Assembly: GCA_964016885.1 (NCBI GenBank)
Contig: OZ024740.1
Location: forward strand, 192,758,001-192,822,000
DNA: 64,000 nucleotides
Direction of reading: 5' to 3'
Source of the DNA: Eledone cirrhosa
Lineage: Eukaryota
Shown: one piece after another, positions 51,481 to 63,980 of the stretch
How the letters are laid out: every line of letters begins with the position of its first letter
Numbering within the stretch: the stretch's first letter is position 1
Made by a program: the position numbers and the translations under genes
Notes under the pieces: generated by a model
The model's input: the letters and a program-made list of their open reading frames with translations, nothing else
Told to the model about the DNA's origin: nothing
Database searches by the model: none

Positions 51481-54045
51481 CTAGCAGTTTAGCCCGGCGT
51501 TACTCGGGTTTGTTCATTTGCTATGAAAAGTTACATACAGGTAAACGTGGTTTGAAAGCGAATAAGCTTAACAATTAAGTGCATAAAGCAGTTGAACCGG
51601 CTATTAAAAGTTCCGAACCAATTAGCATTTTGGCCAATCAATGGGTTAATAATGATGGGTTAATAATCCTCCAATAGCGAATTTAGTAGACCAAAGTTGC
51701 AAGATGGTGGCCCTGATGCCGCTGGGTGTCAGATCTGTCCGTCATGGGATACCCTACCAGGAAATAGTGTTCCAGACGGCATAGCTCCAACACCTGCACC
51801 AACATCTATAGCACCTCTTTGTAGACAATATTGCGTGTCATCCCTTGAGGAGAGTAAGCAAAAAGTCCATTCCTGCTCCCTGCGCGGGAACAGGCAACAT
51901 AAAGTTGGCCATGGGAGAAGCATGGCTCCTCCAAATGGATGCCCGCCACCAACAATGTTTGCCCTTGTGACTTGTTAATGGACATGGCAAAACATGGTCT
52001 CACCGGGAATTGGGATCGTCGGAAATCGAACGGGATATCTGACGACGAGGGGAAAAGGTTCATCCTTGGAATAAAAACATTCTCTCCTCTTCCGCACCCC
52101 GTTACAATGGTGGCCTCAATCAAGTGGGTGTCAGTGACTTGACGACCATGCGAGTACCGTTGCACTGCTTTGGTGGACGCAAGTTCCTTATTGGCATAAT
52201 GGGACAGCCAACCCTAAGCTTAATAATGTGAGGTGGGAGCCCTGGGGGCTCAAGGAGATTTAATAACTCAACCGGATAATTAACGATATCGTCGGGGTCT
52301 GATTTGAAGATGTGCTCTTTACCGGGAATCTTCTCAATCAGCTGCTCGTTAATAAAATTAACCATGGTACTTTTCGGAGCAAGGATGGCTCTTTCGCTGA
52401 GCCAATCTAGGTTTTTAAAGTTAGATGAGACATTAGGAAAAACTGCTTCCCAAATGTCAGAAGGGCTGTTCACAATGTTGCACAGGGTTTCGATTGCTAT
52501 GCCGCCCTTGTCATCCGCAGGGATCTTGCCCTCACCAAGTGCTAAAATGTTCTGTGCTGCAGACATGTTATCACCATACAAATGAGCACGCATATTTGTG
52601 CTCAGGTACAAACTATTCACCTGGAGCCACAACATGGACGACTTAAGACAGGCACGCACTTCATCAGCTCTTGTCCATTTGGGGATGACAGGCAGCGTTT
52701 TCCGAAAATCCCCTGATAGCAGAAGGGTTACGCCACCATAGGAGCCGTAGAATCCCTAATGTCTTTCCGGGCCATGTCCAATGCCTCAAGGGCACCCTTG
52801 TGTGCCACTGTGCACTCATCCCAAACAATATGCAACATTTTTTGAGAACCAGAGCTTTGTGTGAACTCTTGCTGATATTGCATGTTGGTGTCTCAGTTTT
52901 TATTAAATCCAAAGGGAGTTTAAAGGTTGAATGTGCTGTCCTGCCTCCCGGCAGCAAAGTAGCAGCGATCCCGGACGATGCAACGGACAACGCAACTTTT
53001 TTCTCCTGACGAATCTTAGCGAGAATCAAATTCGTTACAAAAGTTTTTCCGGTACCCCGAGGAGCGTTTTTTATTGGGGGATCCAGGTTTTTTGTTTTTT
53101 TTTTACCTTGAGGTATAACCAGTCAGTAGTTCCTTCAAAGGCTCTGGCGGTTCCGGAAGAGGGGGCAAGGTGACGTTACCGTTTAAGCAGCACCTTGCAG
53201 GTGGCTCCCCAGCCCACTTTGTAGCATTGCAGAATTGGCAATTGAAGCGCATCTCGCCTATATTTATGTCAGAGCGCATCGAGTAATTAACGTTTTGCTC
53301 ATACTTGAAAGCTCGTAGGTGCCAGTAAGGGCTGTTGGGGCTCGTCACACCGCGTGCAGCTTCTCGCCGTCGACTGTTACGCTTGAACGTAGAACATTGG
53401 TCGTGTGGTTGGTGGGAAGGTCTGGCAGCAATAGCAGAAGCAACATTTGCAATGCTAATGGACCCCCGTCTGCATCTTCAGAAGCCATGGAAGTAGTCAT
53501 AGCCGCAGCGTCCGTAGGAAGGCGAGCCGTCCGTTGTTTTAAACGTTCCAAAGACCTGGAAGCAGCATTAGTCGCAGCGTTTCTAGCCAGGCGCTTCGAC
53601 CTATGTTCACGGCTCTCTGAAGCCCTGGAAGAAGCTTGGTATGAAGCCATTTTGGCTAAGCATGCGGTGCGCTGTTGGAAACTTTCAGCGGCTCGACATT
53701 CTGCTTAACGTAAGGCTGTCTGTGAAAGTCTTGAAGCATTTTCCTCAGAGGACTCGTTTGCTATAGTAGCCTCTTGCGCCACTGCTGACCCGGTATGTCG
53801 ACTGAGGCGACTTCTCTTTTTAGGTGGCATTTTATGTGCAAAAGAAAAGGTGAAAAATTACTTCTACAGAAAAATTGACTTTGAAAGTCTACTGTCTCTT
53901 TATGAATATTGTTATAGTTGTTGTGATACAAATGTTAGTAAGTAAATGGGTATCGAAAAATAAATTGTGAAAGTTACTTCAACATAAAAATTGACTTTGA
54001 AAGTATAAGGCTGATAATTGAATGTAAAAAGATTGATAAAAAAGC

Positions 54046-54076
<31 letters not shown>

Positions 54077-54286
54077 AAAAATTTTTTTTACAGGTATTTG
54101 TGTGTATGTGTGTATTTTTATGTCGAAAAGAAAGGTTTAAAGTTACTTCTACAGAAAAATATGGTTTGAAAATGTAAGGCCGATGTGTGTGTAAATTAAG
54201 TGACAGGTATTTGTATGTATGTGTGTATGAAAGTGTAAGGCCGATGTGTGTGTAAATTAAGTGACAGGTTTCTGTATGTATGTGTG

Positions 54287-54318
<32 letters not shown>

Positions 54319-54350
54319 TGTATGTATGTATGTATGTATGTATGTATGTC
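51481..54350 (-). mobile_element. Internally deleted Helitron (RepHel remnant)
   Basis: 3' end CCCGAGTAACGCCGGG...CTAG|T at 51481 on the minus strand, plus PIF1 helicase motifs. The 5' boundary is uncertain. Confidence 0.88.
51806..53830 (-). pseudogene. Helitron RepHel: N-terminal region fused to PIF1-like helicase, Rep domain missing
   Basis: MPPKKR start, CQFC...CCLNG, GTGKTF, ASSGIAATLLPGGRTAHS, AILAP, CNGTR, QFPVRPCFAMSINKSQGQTL and FSHGQLYVACSR. Confidence 0.92.
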
Positions 54351-54949
54351 ACCAGTTGGTGCTACTGGTAACATGTATCCCAGTACAACCTGTCCCATGG
54401 TCGGGTTGTTGGCGACTAAACTGGCAACCCCACCAAGGTTTCTTGGTGAGGAGGGTGACTTTGGACATCCTGCAGGACTAAAAACAAAACCTGTCAAAGG
54501 GCAAAGGAGCTCTTAAGAGTCAATGGCCATCCAAAATCACCGGGAGAGATGACCCCTTAGCCTTTGTCAAAGCCGAATTCTAGGAGAAGGAAAACTCTGA
54601 CATAACACCTGCAACTCTGATGGTATCCAATGATGTTGACTTGTTCTTCTTTTTGGTAAATATCATCTTGGTTAAGAGAGTGGGACTGGCTTTGTGCAGT
54701 GCCTTTGCTTACTATAAAAGCTTCAGGGCACAGGCATTGCTTTATATCTGGAGATCTCTCTCCAGTTGTTGTCACATGGTACCATGGGCCCTGCACTGTG
54801 TCAATAATTGTCACAAGTGTAGTGTTTGTACCAGAGTTTTCAAGTCGCTGGATGGACTAAAAAGTCACACTCGTTCAGCGCATCGGTAGGGGTTCTCCTA
54901 CATGGATATAAAGTAGTGGCCGTACTCGAAAACGAGTTGGCAGCCACCA
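54349..54949 (+). mobile_element. Short non-autonomous RTE-like element inserted in (TATG)n
   Basis: A 5'UTR-like segment is joined to a C2H2 remnant (CSVCTRVFKSLDGLKSHTRSAH*) and a short 3' hairpin. (TATG)n lies on both sides. Confidence 0.6.
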
Positions 54950-55102
54950 TGTATGTATGTATGTATGTATTAAAGGTTGAAAGTTGCCAACGTATATCAT
55001 TCATTTTACAGTAAATGTTCATTGATAATTATTTTGACTAGCTATTTCTGACACATCCCGCACAAGGAAACATGACAGAAACACGTATGTATTACAAAGA
55101 CA

Positions 55103-55145
<43 letters not shown>

Positions 55146-55199
55146 TATGTATATATATATATATATATATGTATATGTATATATACACACACACGCACG

Positions 55200-55230
<31 letters not shown>

Positions 55231-55285
55231 ACGCACACACATGTGTATGTAATACATAATGTGTCTCTGTCATATAAATATATGT

Positions 55286-56251
55286 ATAAAAACAAATAAC
55301 GAAACGAAATTAAATTTCGTTTCGTTTGTAACTCACTTTTGTATGACTGACGCTTAAACAATTAAGTTAGAAGTGTACATCCACATATGTATATTGAAAT
55401 ACTAGTATGCATATAAATACACACACGTATACATATGTAGATGTACCGAGTTTTTCACTGGACACTTTACTGTGAGTGTTCAGCTAGTCTGTATGTAAAC
55501 ACACAGACAAACCGGTGTTTAGAGTCATACTGGTTTTCGAGGAAACACCTTTCCAATATTCCTGTCTGGCCCTCTGGAGAATAGAGGAAAGGTGTTTCCT
55601 CGAAAACCAGTATGACTCTAAAAACCGGTTTGTCTGTGTGTTTACATACAGACTAGCTGAACACTCACAGTAAAGTGTCCAGTGAAAAACTCGGTACATC
55701 TACATATGTATACGTGTGTGTATTTATATGCATACTAGTATTTCAGTATACATATGTGGATGTACACTTCTAACTTAATTGTTTAAGCGTCAGTCATACA
55801 AAAGTGAGTTACAAACGAAACGAAATTTAATTTCGTTTCGTTATTTGTTTTTATCGCCTCCGCTGAACCGGTACGTACTCACGCTCTATGCAAATTAGTC
55901 TGCCCACTACTAATTTTCATAGAAAAAGCATATAACGATATGTGCTTTTACGATTCTCTAGAGGGGCCGGAGGATGGGTAAATATTGCTGATGAGATGTA
56001 ACAACATCGAAACTAGTCCAATATTCCTGTCTGGCCCTCTGGAGAATAGAGGAAAGGTGTTTCCTCGAAAACCAGTATGACTCTAAAAACCGGTTTGTCT
56101 GTGTGTTTACATACAGACTAGCTGAACACTCACAGTAAAGTGTCCAGTGAAAAACTCGGTACATCTACATATGTATACGTGTGTGTATTTATATGCATAC
56201 TAGTATTTCAGTATACATATGTGGATGTACACTTCTAACTTAATTGTTTAA
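55286..56251 (+). mobile_element. Non-coding HHR element (retrozyme-like): inverted head + 465-bp unit + partial second unit
   Basis: 55554-55786 is repeated at 56019-56251. 55286-55553 is an inverted copy of about 55586-55854. Confidence 0.9.
55981..56025 (+). ncRNA. Canonical minimal type-I hammerhead ribozyme
   Basis: AAUAUUG-CUGAUGA-GAUGU aaca ACAUC-GAAAC-UA-GUC|CAAUAUU. All stems pair perfectly; predicted cleavage after 56018. Confidence 0.93.
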
Positions 56252-56265
56252 TATATGTACATATA

Positions 56266-57037
56266 TCTATATATATAAAACAGAGGATGTCTGTGTGTCT
56301 GTTTCCCTAAAACTCGAGAAGTACCCAACTGGTTTTTTTCAAATTTTATACATGTAACTCGTATGACCTCGGAAGTGTTTTGAGCAAAAACAATTTCAAA
56401 TTTTCAATGACCTAGGGACCGCATTAGGCGATTTAGCGATATCTTTCTCTTTCTCTTTTTAGATAGATACATAGATATGACGTCGCGCCTTCATAATATC
56501 TGTATGTATGCCTGACTGTCTGCATTACGTCATTATGACGCGATCAGTGTGTGTATGTATATATATTCTTATGCCAGGGAACGTCTTCACGAACCAAAGT
56601 ATCGTCTTCCTGTTTTTCAGATTGATTTTTTTAGTTTAAGAAGATCCCGTTAAGGTTGAAAGCAGCGATTCTTTGCTTAAACATTAATATGTTATTTTAA
56701 TATAGATATTCATGTACAGATATTTTTGCATACACAGAAACAAAATATAAACAAACAAGGCCAAATATTACATCAATGAGTCTTAGTGTATGTACTTCAT
56801 ACTGCTTTTAGGTAGAATATCCCGTTAAGGGTGAAAGCAGTGATTCTTTGCTTAAAATTTAGTCTGTTATTTTAATATATATATACATATAATTATATAT
56901 TTATGGACAGATATGTCTGCATACACAACAAAATATAAACAAACGTATTTATTTCACGAGGCTCGATAAGGATAAATATATATCAAATATATAAGAACCC
57001 TATAGCAAATCCCGAGCAACGCCGGGCCATTCTGCTA

Positions 57038-57038
<1 letters not shown>
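56266..57038 (+). mobile_element. Non-autonomous Helitron
   Basis: A|TCTATATATATAAAA start, hairpin CCCGAGCAACGCCGGG and CTAG|T end. An internal segment is shared with 33880-34070. Confidence 0.88.
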
Positions 57039-57116
<78 letters not shown>

Positions 57117-57701
57117 ATTTGTGTTTTCTTTTTTAAACCGCGATAATATTGCTTTTGCTGAACTTATATTGTAGAGTTTTTTACGGAATGTTTTGACTGT
57201 TGTTTCATGTAAACAGAGATTCGTCTCATTCTGACGTCACCAGCCCTGTCTCTCCATCTGCGTTTATTTTTATAATTACGCATGATGTTGAACTAGCCTG
57301 CTTTTAAATTCCCTTTTTGGCATATTATAAACAGTGGCACTTTGGTTATCGTGTCTTCGAGTTCTGCTGATGATCGGTTCCAACCGTGACCATCCCCACT
57401 GAAAGTTTCGTAAAATAGTATTTTAAGACTATACAGAGTATTTGTAGTTTTTCCAAATTGAAGGATGAGTATTTTAAACTTTATTTTATTCAGAGTTAAG
57501 GCTCTATTGATTTTTCCCTGGATTTCACCAAATTCTGTGGATTAATCTATATTCTAATTCTTTTTGAATTGAGTTTGAATTATTTTCCCACATCTTACGT
57601 TAACTATTTTTCCATTTTGACGCTGTAGTCACTTATATATTATGGAATACTGTTGGCTTCTTGCTACAATAATTTCTATACTTTTCGTTTATATATATAT
57701 A

Positions 57702-57758
<57 letters not shown>

Positions 57759-57762
<4 letters not shown>

Positions 57763-57992
57763 AGTAAGTATGTTTTGAAAATAGAATAGCTTTCACCGTA
57801 TTTTTCGACTAAAGAAATGTTAGTCTGATAATGGGGTTTAGAACCCTCAGATAAATGTAAAAAGATGAGTATTGACGTACATGGGAGTCGACTCCCATGT
57901 ACTTCAATACTCATCTGAGGGTTCTAAACCCCATTATCAGACTAAAATTTCTTTAGTCGAAAAATACGGTGAAAGCTATTCTATTTTCTAAT
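57759..57992. repeat. Palindrome of the same family as 15029-15282
   Basis: Centre CATGGGAGTCGACTCCCATG, with arms of about 100 bp. Confidence 0.9.
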
Positions 57993-58085
57993 ATATATAT
58001 ATATATATATAACGAAGGAAATGTGGTAAGGAACGAGGACCATAACGCACCAGAGTACTCGATACTTTAGGTAGTAGAGTGGGTA

Positions 58086-58242
58086 ATAGGAAAAGAGTCA
58101 GAATCCCGACGGCAGAGCTCAAGCCGTTTCGATAGCTATTTCTGGCGTCCAGCTCGGCTTGAGCTCTGCCGTCGGGGTTCTGACTCTTTTCCTATATATA
58201 TAAGGAAAGATTCAGAACCCCGACGGCAGACCTCAAGCTATT
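58086..58242. repeat. Fold-back repeat with a third partial arm, following a PLE pLTR end (58008-58085, similar to 21957-22037)
   Basis: ATAGGAAAAGAGTCAGAATCCCGACGGCAGAGCTCAAGCCG occurs with its reverse complement, and again at 58203-58238. Confidence 0.85.
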
Positions 58243-59135
58243 TACATAGAACTCATAACATTAAGTTCATATGTAGATATGTCACCATCTGTAAATCATT
58301 TTTTTGTATTTTATATGATGAGAGCGTACCAAAATACTGGTACCCTTGAAATATATATAATCAAATAAATATGGTTTTATAAACATAGTTTACATTTATT
58401 ATATATAATGAAAGAGGGCAATATCCATCGTCAGTTGTCTGCTAGGAATCATAGGTATTTCTTCGCTTTAGAAACAAAATACCTCACCCTAGGGCGAACA
58501 ATAACTAAAATAAGTTTTGGGGATAAAAAAAGGGGGTGGAGAAAAAATGTAAACAGACACGAAGTGTGAAGCAAGTAAAAGAGAGGATAAATCAAGTCAA
58601 CAACTCATTCGAACATAAGTTCTGACGGGTTTCACGAGTACAAAAGATATGTCTTCACTGTAGCGGTGTGAGCGAGAGAAGAGACTGCATACAGTGCCGG
58701 ACGATTGAGGCGGTGAGCTAACGGAGAGAGGGTGACTACCAGAGAGGGAGTGAGTGAAAGTAAGAGGAAGCGAGGAAGAGATAGTTATAGTGGCAGGCGA
58801 GCCGGAGACGGTGACTAGCAAAAAAGGGAGAAGGAGAGAGAAGGGCGAGAGACAAGGGGAGAGAAAAAAGACGGGTTACAGCGGAGAAGGAAACTATGTG
58901 AATAAAATGGCGAGCTGTGTGGTTTCAATTAATTATAATGAAATAGCTGGGAGAACTACGTCGTTATGTCGAGCGAGAAGAACAATTTCTTACAAAGACA
59001 ACATATTTCTGATATAAAAGAAATCATTAGATTAATATTCTATTTCGAATAACTGATATGATTTCCACCTCCGGAGTTTGAGAATAATGTAAATAAAATC
59101 ATTAAACGGAAATGACAGAGGTTATTAATAATAAT

Positions 59136-59490
59136 TGTTTCTACGTTTGGCACATGGCCATAATTAACCAGTGCATTACTGGTACTTTATTTTATCGACC
59201 CCGTAAGGATGAAAGGCAAAGTCAACCTCGGCGGGATTTGAACTCAGATCGTAAAGGGACGTAACTATGCTGGAAAGCATGGCGTCCGACCCTCTACCGA
59301 TACTGCCAATCTACCGTTAGGCACAAGGCCAGCAATTACCCCAGTGTATTACTGGTACTTTATCTTATCGACCCCGTAACGATGAAAGGCAAAGTTAACC
59401 TCGGCGGGATTTGAAATCAGAACGGCAAGGGCCGTAACTCTATGCGCCAAAGCATGGCATCCGACACTCTACCAATATTGCCAATCCACC
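59136..59490 (-). mobile_element. Dimeric family-A SINE within one TSD
   Basis: Two head-to-tail monomers; GTTATTAATAATAAT at 59121-59135 and 59491-59505. Confidence 0.85.
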
Positions 59491-59802
59491 GTTATTAATA
59501 ATAATAATAAAAGTAAATATTGATTAGAACATTAAAGCACTATTATAAGATTTAGGCCCGTGCATATATAGTATAAATGAAACAAAAGACTATGTGATGT
59601 TTGCACCGCTAAATCCATGGAAATACTCTACACCGACTAAATCTTAAACAAGACCTCCGAGGCAATTTCAGCTTGTAAAAACTAGTTGCATAAAACTTTC
59701 CTGTTACAGCCCGACATTATATCCTAACAGATAGCACGGACAATATGCTGACAATATACGTCATGATGTGGTAGCTAATTATATTTTATGTTTATACCAT
59801 TC

Positions 59803-59928
59803 GAGCATAGTTTCGTCCCTTTACGATCTGAGTTCAAATCCCGCCGAGGTTGAATTTGCCTTTCATCCTTACGGGGTCGATAAAATAAAGTACCAGTAAT
59901 GCCTTGTGCCTAAAGTAGAAACAATTAT
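59803..59928 (+). mobile_element. 5'-truncated family-A SINE
   Basis: GAGTTCAAATCCCGCCGAGG...GCCTAAAGTAGAAACAATTAT. Confidence 0.85.
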
Positions 59929-60417
59929 GTATTTGTATACGTATGTACAACTTATCCGTATGTTTGTATGTATATATGTATGTGTGCGTGTGAGTATATA
60001 TGTATGTGTGTGTGTATATATATATACACAGTGGCAGACTGCCCAATGGCAAATCGGGCGCAGTGGGCCCACGGTAGAATTGCAACAGTCCACAGTAGCA
60101 TTGCAGGACCTACTGTGGTATTTTAGGGGCCAATGCTTTGCGATGAAAAATACCTGAAATATAAGAGACAATAAAATTTCAAAAAAAGAAAAGAAGTAAA
60201 ACATTTAAGCAAAGCATTTGGTCAACCACATCCCCGGTGAATTACTAGAAACCAAAATATACGATAGTGGAAATAGCTGGAATCAGTGGTTGTACATTCT
60301 ACTGAATCTAAAGCTTAGTGTATTCATTGATGCATGCAAACATACATGTATAGACACAGACACACAAGCATATATATATATATATATATGCTTGTGTGTC
60401 TGTGTCTATACATTGTA

Positions 60418-60481
60418 ATTTGTCTGATGAAGGCATACCATATTTTAATTTGGTATCCCTGAAATATGTATAATGAAATAA
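60418..60481 (+). ncRNA. Type-I hammerhead motif (family related to 10514; decayed relatives at about 32130 and 58310)
   Basis: CUGAUGA-AGGcAUACCA...UGGUAUcCCU-GAAA-UAUGU-AUA|AUGAAAU. Stem I is weak and G-U rich. Confidence 0.65.
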
Positions 60482-60785
60482 ATATGGTTTTATAAATATA
60501 GTTTCCATTTATTAATATCGTATATCTACTCCAAAAACTTGTCGAGTGCTTTATATCAGTTATAAAATATTTACTTGTATCCCAACAATTTTAAATAGAA
60601 CTTTTGCATATGTATATATATATATATATATATAATTGTTTCTACTTTTTGGCACAACTGCATATATATATATAGAGAGAGAGAGATAGAGAGGGGGGTT
60701 CAACACTGGAAGGTAATATCCGTAGTGGTAGAGCATTCAGTCCATGGGACGAGTTAGGTAGAAGTGGTACACAACAGTTAGTTCA

Positions 60786-60836
60786 CCATACCGAAAACAA
60801 ATGTTTCACCTTAGCGGATCTTCAGCTCGTACTGGT
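60786..60836 (-). ncRNA. Degenerate minimal hammerhead motif
   Basis: CGAG-CUGAAGA-uCC gcuaa GGu-GAAAC-AUUU-GUU|UUCG. Confidence 0.5.
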
Positions 60837-61214
60837 CATGGTTATACGGAACAGGAAGAACAACCATATGAACGCGCATGCGCATAAACGGTCACTTCAC
60901 CCAAGCGGTGTAAAGCCACGGGCGAAAAGTGTAAGGGAGATAACTGCGAAAGTCCGGAAAAGATGTTCGAGTTGATAAGAAAATTAGAATGTTGCTGTTA
61001 TTCAATCAGGAGATTTGTACTTATGCAGGAGGGGTTTCCAAACATGTGTACAACGTGTACATATTGCGTGTATATACGTATATGTGCTTGTGTGTATGTG
61101 TATTTATTACCTTTGCAACTAGGAGAACGCACTTCTGCGTGTAGGTCCAGGTGTAGGTCCGCGTGTAGGTCCACGAGTGGGTCCACGAGTTGGTATTTGT
61201 GCATATACACGTGC

Positions 61215-61257
<43 letters not shown>

Positions 61258-61260
<3 letters not shown>

Positions 61261-61590
61261 GAGGTGTGTCAGAAAAGTTCCAGGACTGATGTCACAACAA
61301 ATTTATTTCAAACCCAAACTGCACTCTAAGAGTTTTCTCCTTAAAAGTAATCCCCCTGGAGTCTAATGCATATTCCATCCTTTTCTGCCACGCTTGCATT
61401 CACTCCTGCATGGATTCTTCCGGGATCCTCCGCAGTTCCGTCGTCACAGCCTTTTTGATGTCGTCCACGTCTTCAAAACCGGTCCCCTCCGGGTCGTACT
61501 CGAAGATCCATGACTCATCACCGGTGATGACTGTCGCTAGCAAGTCTGGTTCGGTTTCAAGACGCTCGAGGATGTCCTGGAACACTTGCA
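61258..61590 (-). mobile_element. Mariner transposon relic (one TIR + deleted transposase)
   Basis: TA-CGAGGTGTGTCAGAAAAGTTCC TIR. VITGDESWIFEYDPE is fused to GTGFEDVDDIKKAVT. Confidence 0.85.
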
Positions 61591-61684
61591 TGTGTGTATA
61601 AATATGTACGTATCTACGTGTGTATGTATGTGTGTATATATATATATATATATGTGTGTGTGTATGTGTGTGTATGTGTGTACA

Positions 61685-63980
61685 TTAATTATGATTAGAT
61701 TAGTTGTAGGCAATAGACTGCTGACAATTATCTCTACCTATGGTCCCCAAGCGGGCCTAAGTAAAGAGGAGAAGGGCTGCTTAGGTAACGAGACAGACAT
61801 GGTATCAAATACTAAGGTATAACCCGGGGAAGAATGTAAACACGCCCCACATAGGTTAATCGTTAGTGACATCTAAATAAGCAAGAGACAAAATGAGACA
61901 CACGGGAAGGTGTGGAAAAGGAAGGTCTGGAAATTAAAAGACGTTTCACTCAAATATAAATTTAGGAAAGCCCTTCAAGATATGTATGACTAAAAAGAAG
62001 ACAAGTTATAATCGTATGATATAGATGATAACTGGAGTTTCTTACGTCACGACTTACTTCAGGCTACTGAAGAAACTTGTGGCTAGGGCAGAGCTCCAGC
62101 CAGACAGAGGGTGACCTGGTGGTGGAGTAGCACGTAAGATAAAACCATTAAAGACAAGACACTAGCATGGAAGGCTTGGAAAAATGGTAGGTGAGGAGAC
62201 CGATACTCAGCTGCTAAAAGAAAGGCTAGACGTCAGGTATACTTAGCACGCAGGGAAGCTGAGAGTATGAAGATTGCCAATGTTCTATGACGAGAAGATA
62301 AGAGACGTGCGCTGTTGCGCATTGTAAGGCATTGTGTCAGTGTAAATTGTTGGAAATGATGCTGGTGCACTTAGTGTCACTGATACTCAGAAAAGGATGC
62401 CTGGAAATATCACTATGAGAGACTGATGAATGTTGAGAACGAATGAGAGGGAGCGAAACTTCCCCCAGGAAACCCAACAAAGGGACCAGCTATTGAGATT
62501 GACGACTATAGGGTCAAAGAGGCAATTTAGGAAATGAAAAGTGGTAAGGCCGCTGAATCGTCAGGGATAATTGCTGTGATCCTGAAGGCATCAGGAGAAA
62601 TAGGAACTAAACTGGTTGCACGCATCAGCAATCAAGCTATATATGGCGGGGTCATACCCAAAGACTGGTGCAGTAGTATTCTTATAAATTGCTACAAAGG
62701 TAAAGGGGATGCTCTGGAGAGGAGCAGTTATAGGGGCATAAAACTGATGGATCAGGTTATGAAAGTGGCAGAAAGAATATTAGTGCAACTAATTAGAGAA
62801 AGGGTCGAATTAGATGAGATGTAGTTTGATTTTGTGATTGGGATAGGTACAGCAGATGTCCTTTTCTTAGTAAGACAACTACAAGAGAGGTTCTTAGAGA
62901 AGAATTGGCCACTATCCTTAGCTTTTGTTGACCTAGAGAAGGCCTTTGATAGAGTATCTGTCATCTGGTGGTCCCTAAGGAAACTAGGTGTAGAGGAATG
63001 TCTTGTGAGGACAGTGCAAGCTATGTACAGAGGCGCAGTCAGTAAAGTGAGAGTAGGAACGGAGTTTAGTGGGGAACTCCAGATACAAGTATGAGTACAT
63101 CAGGGTTTGGTTCGCAACCCACTCTTATTCATTATAGTTCTTCAAGCCAGAACAGAGGAGTTTAAGACTGGCTGCCCATGGCAACTTCTGTATGCTGACG
63201 ATCTGGTACTTATAGCAGAATCAGTAGAGGAGCTAGCGAATAAATTATGGCTATGGAAACATTAGTTGGAATCAGGGAACTGGCCATCTTTGATATGTAG
63301 AAAAGGAGTTGGCATAAATTCGATAGAATGCAGTAAGTGCAGATTTTGTGTACACAAGAGATGTAGTGGGATAACAAGCGAAATAACAGGTATGGAAAAC
63401 TACATATGCAGTAGATGTTCAGAAAAATGTGACAGTAGAAATCACAGTAATAGAAACATTTTTCAAATGTAGGTAGGATCTATAGAAGTGGTTGATAGCT
63501 TCCACCAACTAAGTGATCAGATTAGCAAGGGAGGAGGGTGTTCCAAAGCCATAGTATCTCGAATAAGGACGAGTTGGCAGAAGTTTAGGTAGCTGCTTCC
63601 TCTAGACAAAGAAGGGTTTCTCCCTATGAATGAAAGGCCGATTATATGATGTCTGTGTGAGATGCATGATGCTGCATGCAAGTGGGACATGGACAGCAAC
63701 TGCAGAGGATATGCAACAGCTGTAGAAAAATGAAGCAAGCATGCTCCATTGAATGCATAGACGAGTTGGGAGAGAAACTGTGTATACGCTGTAGTGTGCG
63801 GGAGAGAAGACTCTGTTGGTACGGACTTGTGATGCACATGGAGGATGACCGCTGGGTAAAGAAATGCCAAGAAATCCAAGTAGAAGGAAGACACAGTAGA
63901 GGAAGACCGTAAAAACCATGGATGGAGGTGGTGAGAGCTGGTGATAAAACGGACTCACCCACATATAGAATGATATCATT
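61685..63980 (+). mobile_element. Degenerate RTE-clade LINE with Cys-rich (PHD-like) insert
   Basis: MKSGKA, YKGKGD...YRGIKL, FVDLEKAFDRV, YADDLV, CRKGVG.NSIEC..C...VHKRCSGI and RRLCWYG...GRP. Confidence 0.9.

Noticed and set aside
55570-55620. CTGGAGA...GAGGAAA-GGTG-TTTCCTC-GAAA as a second HHR in the 465-nt unit
   Set aside because: The core is mismatched and not adjacent to the stem, and there is no stem I. It is only a hairpin.
57375-57410. CTGATGA followed by GAAA
   Set aside because: No consistent stems I, II and III could be formed.
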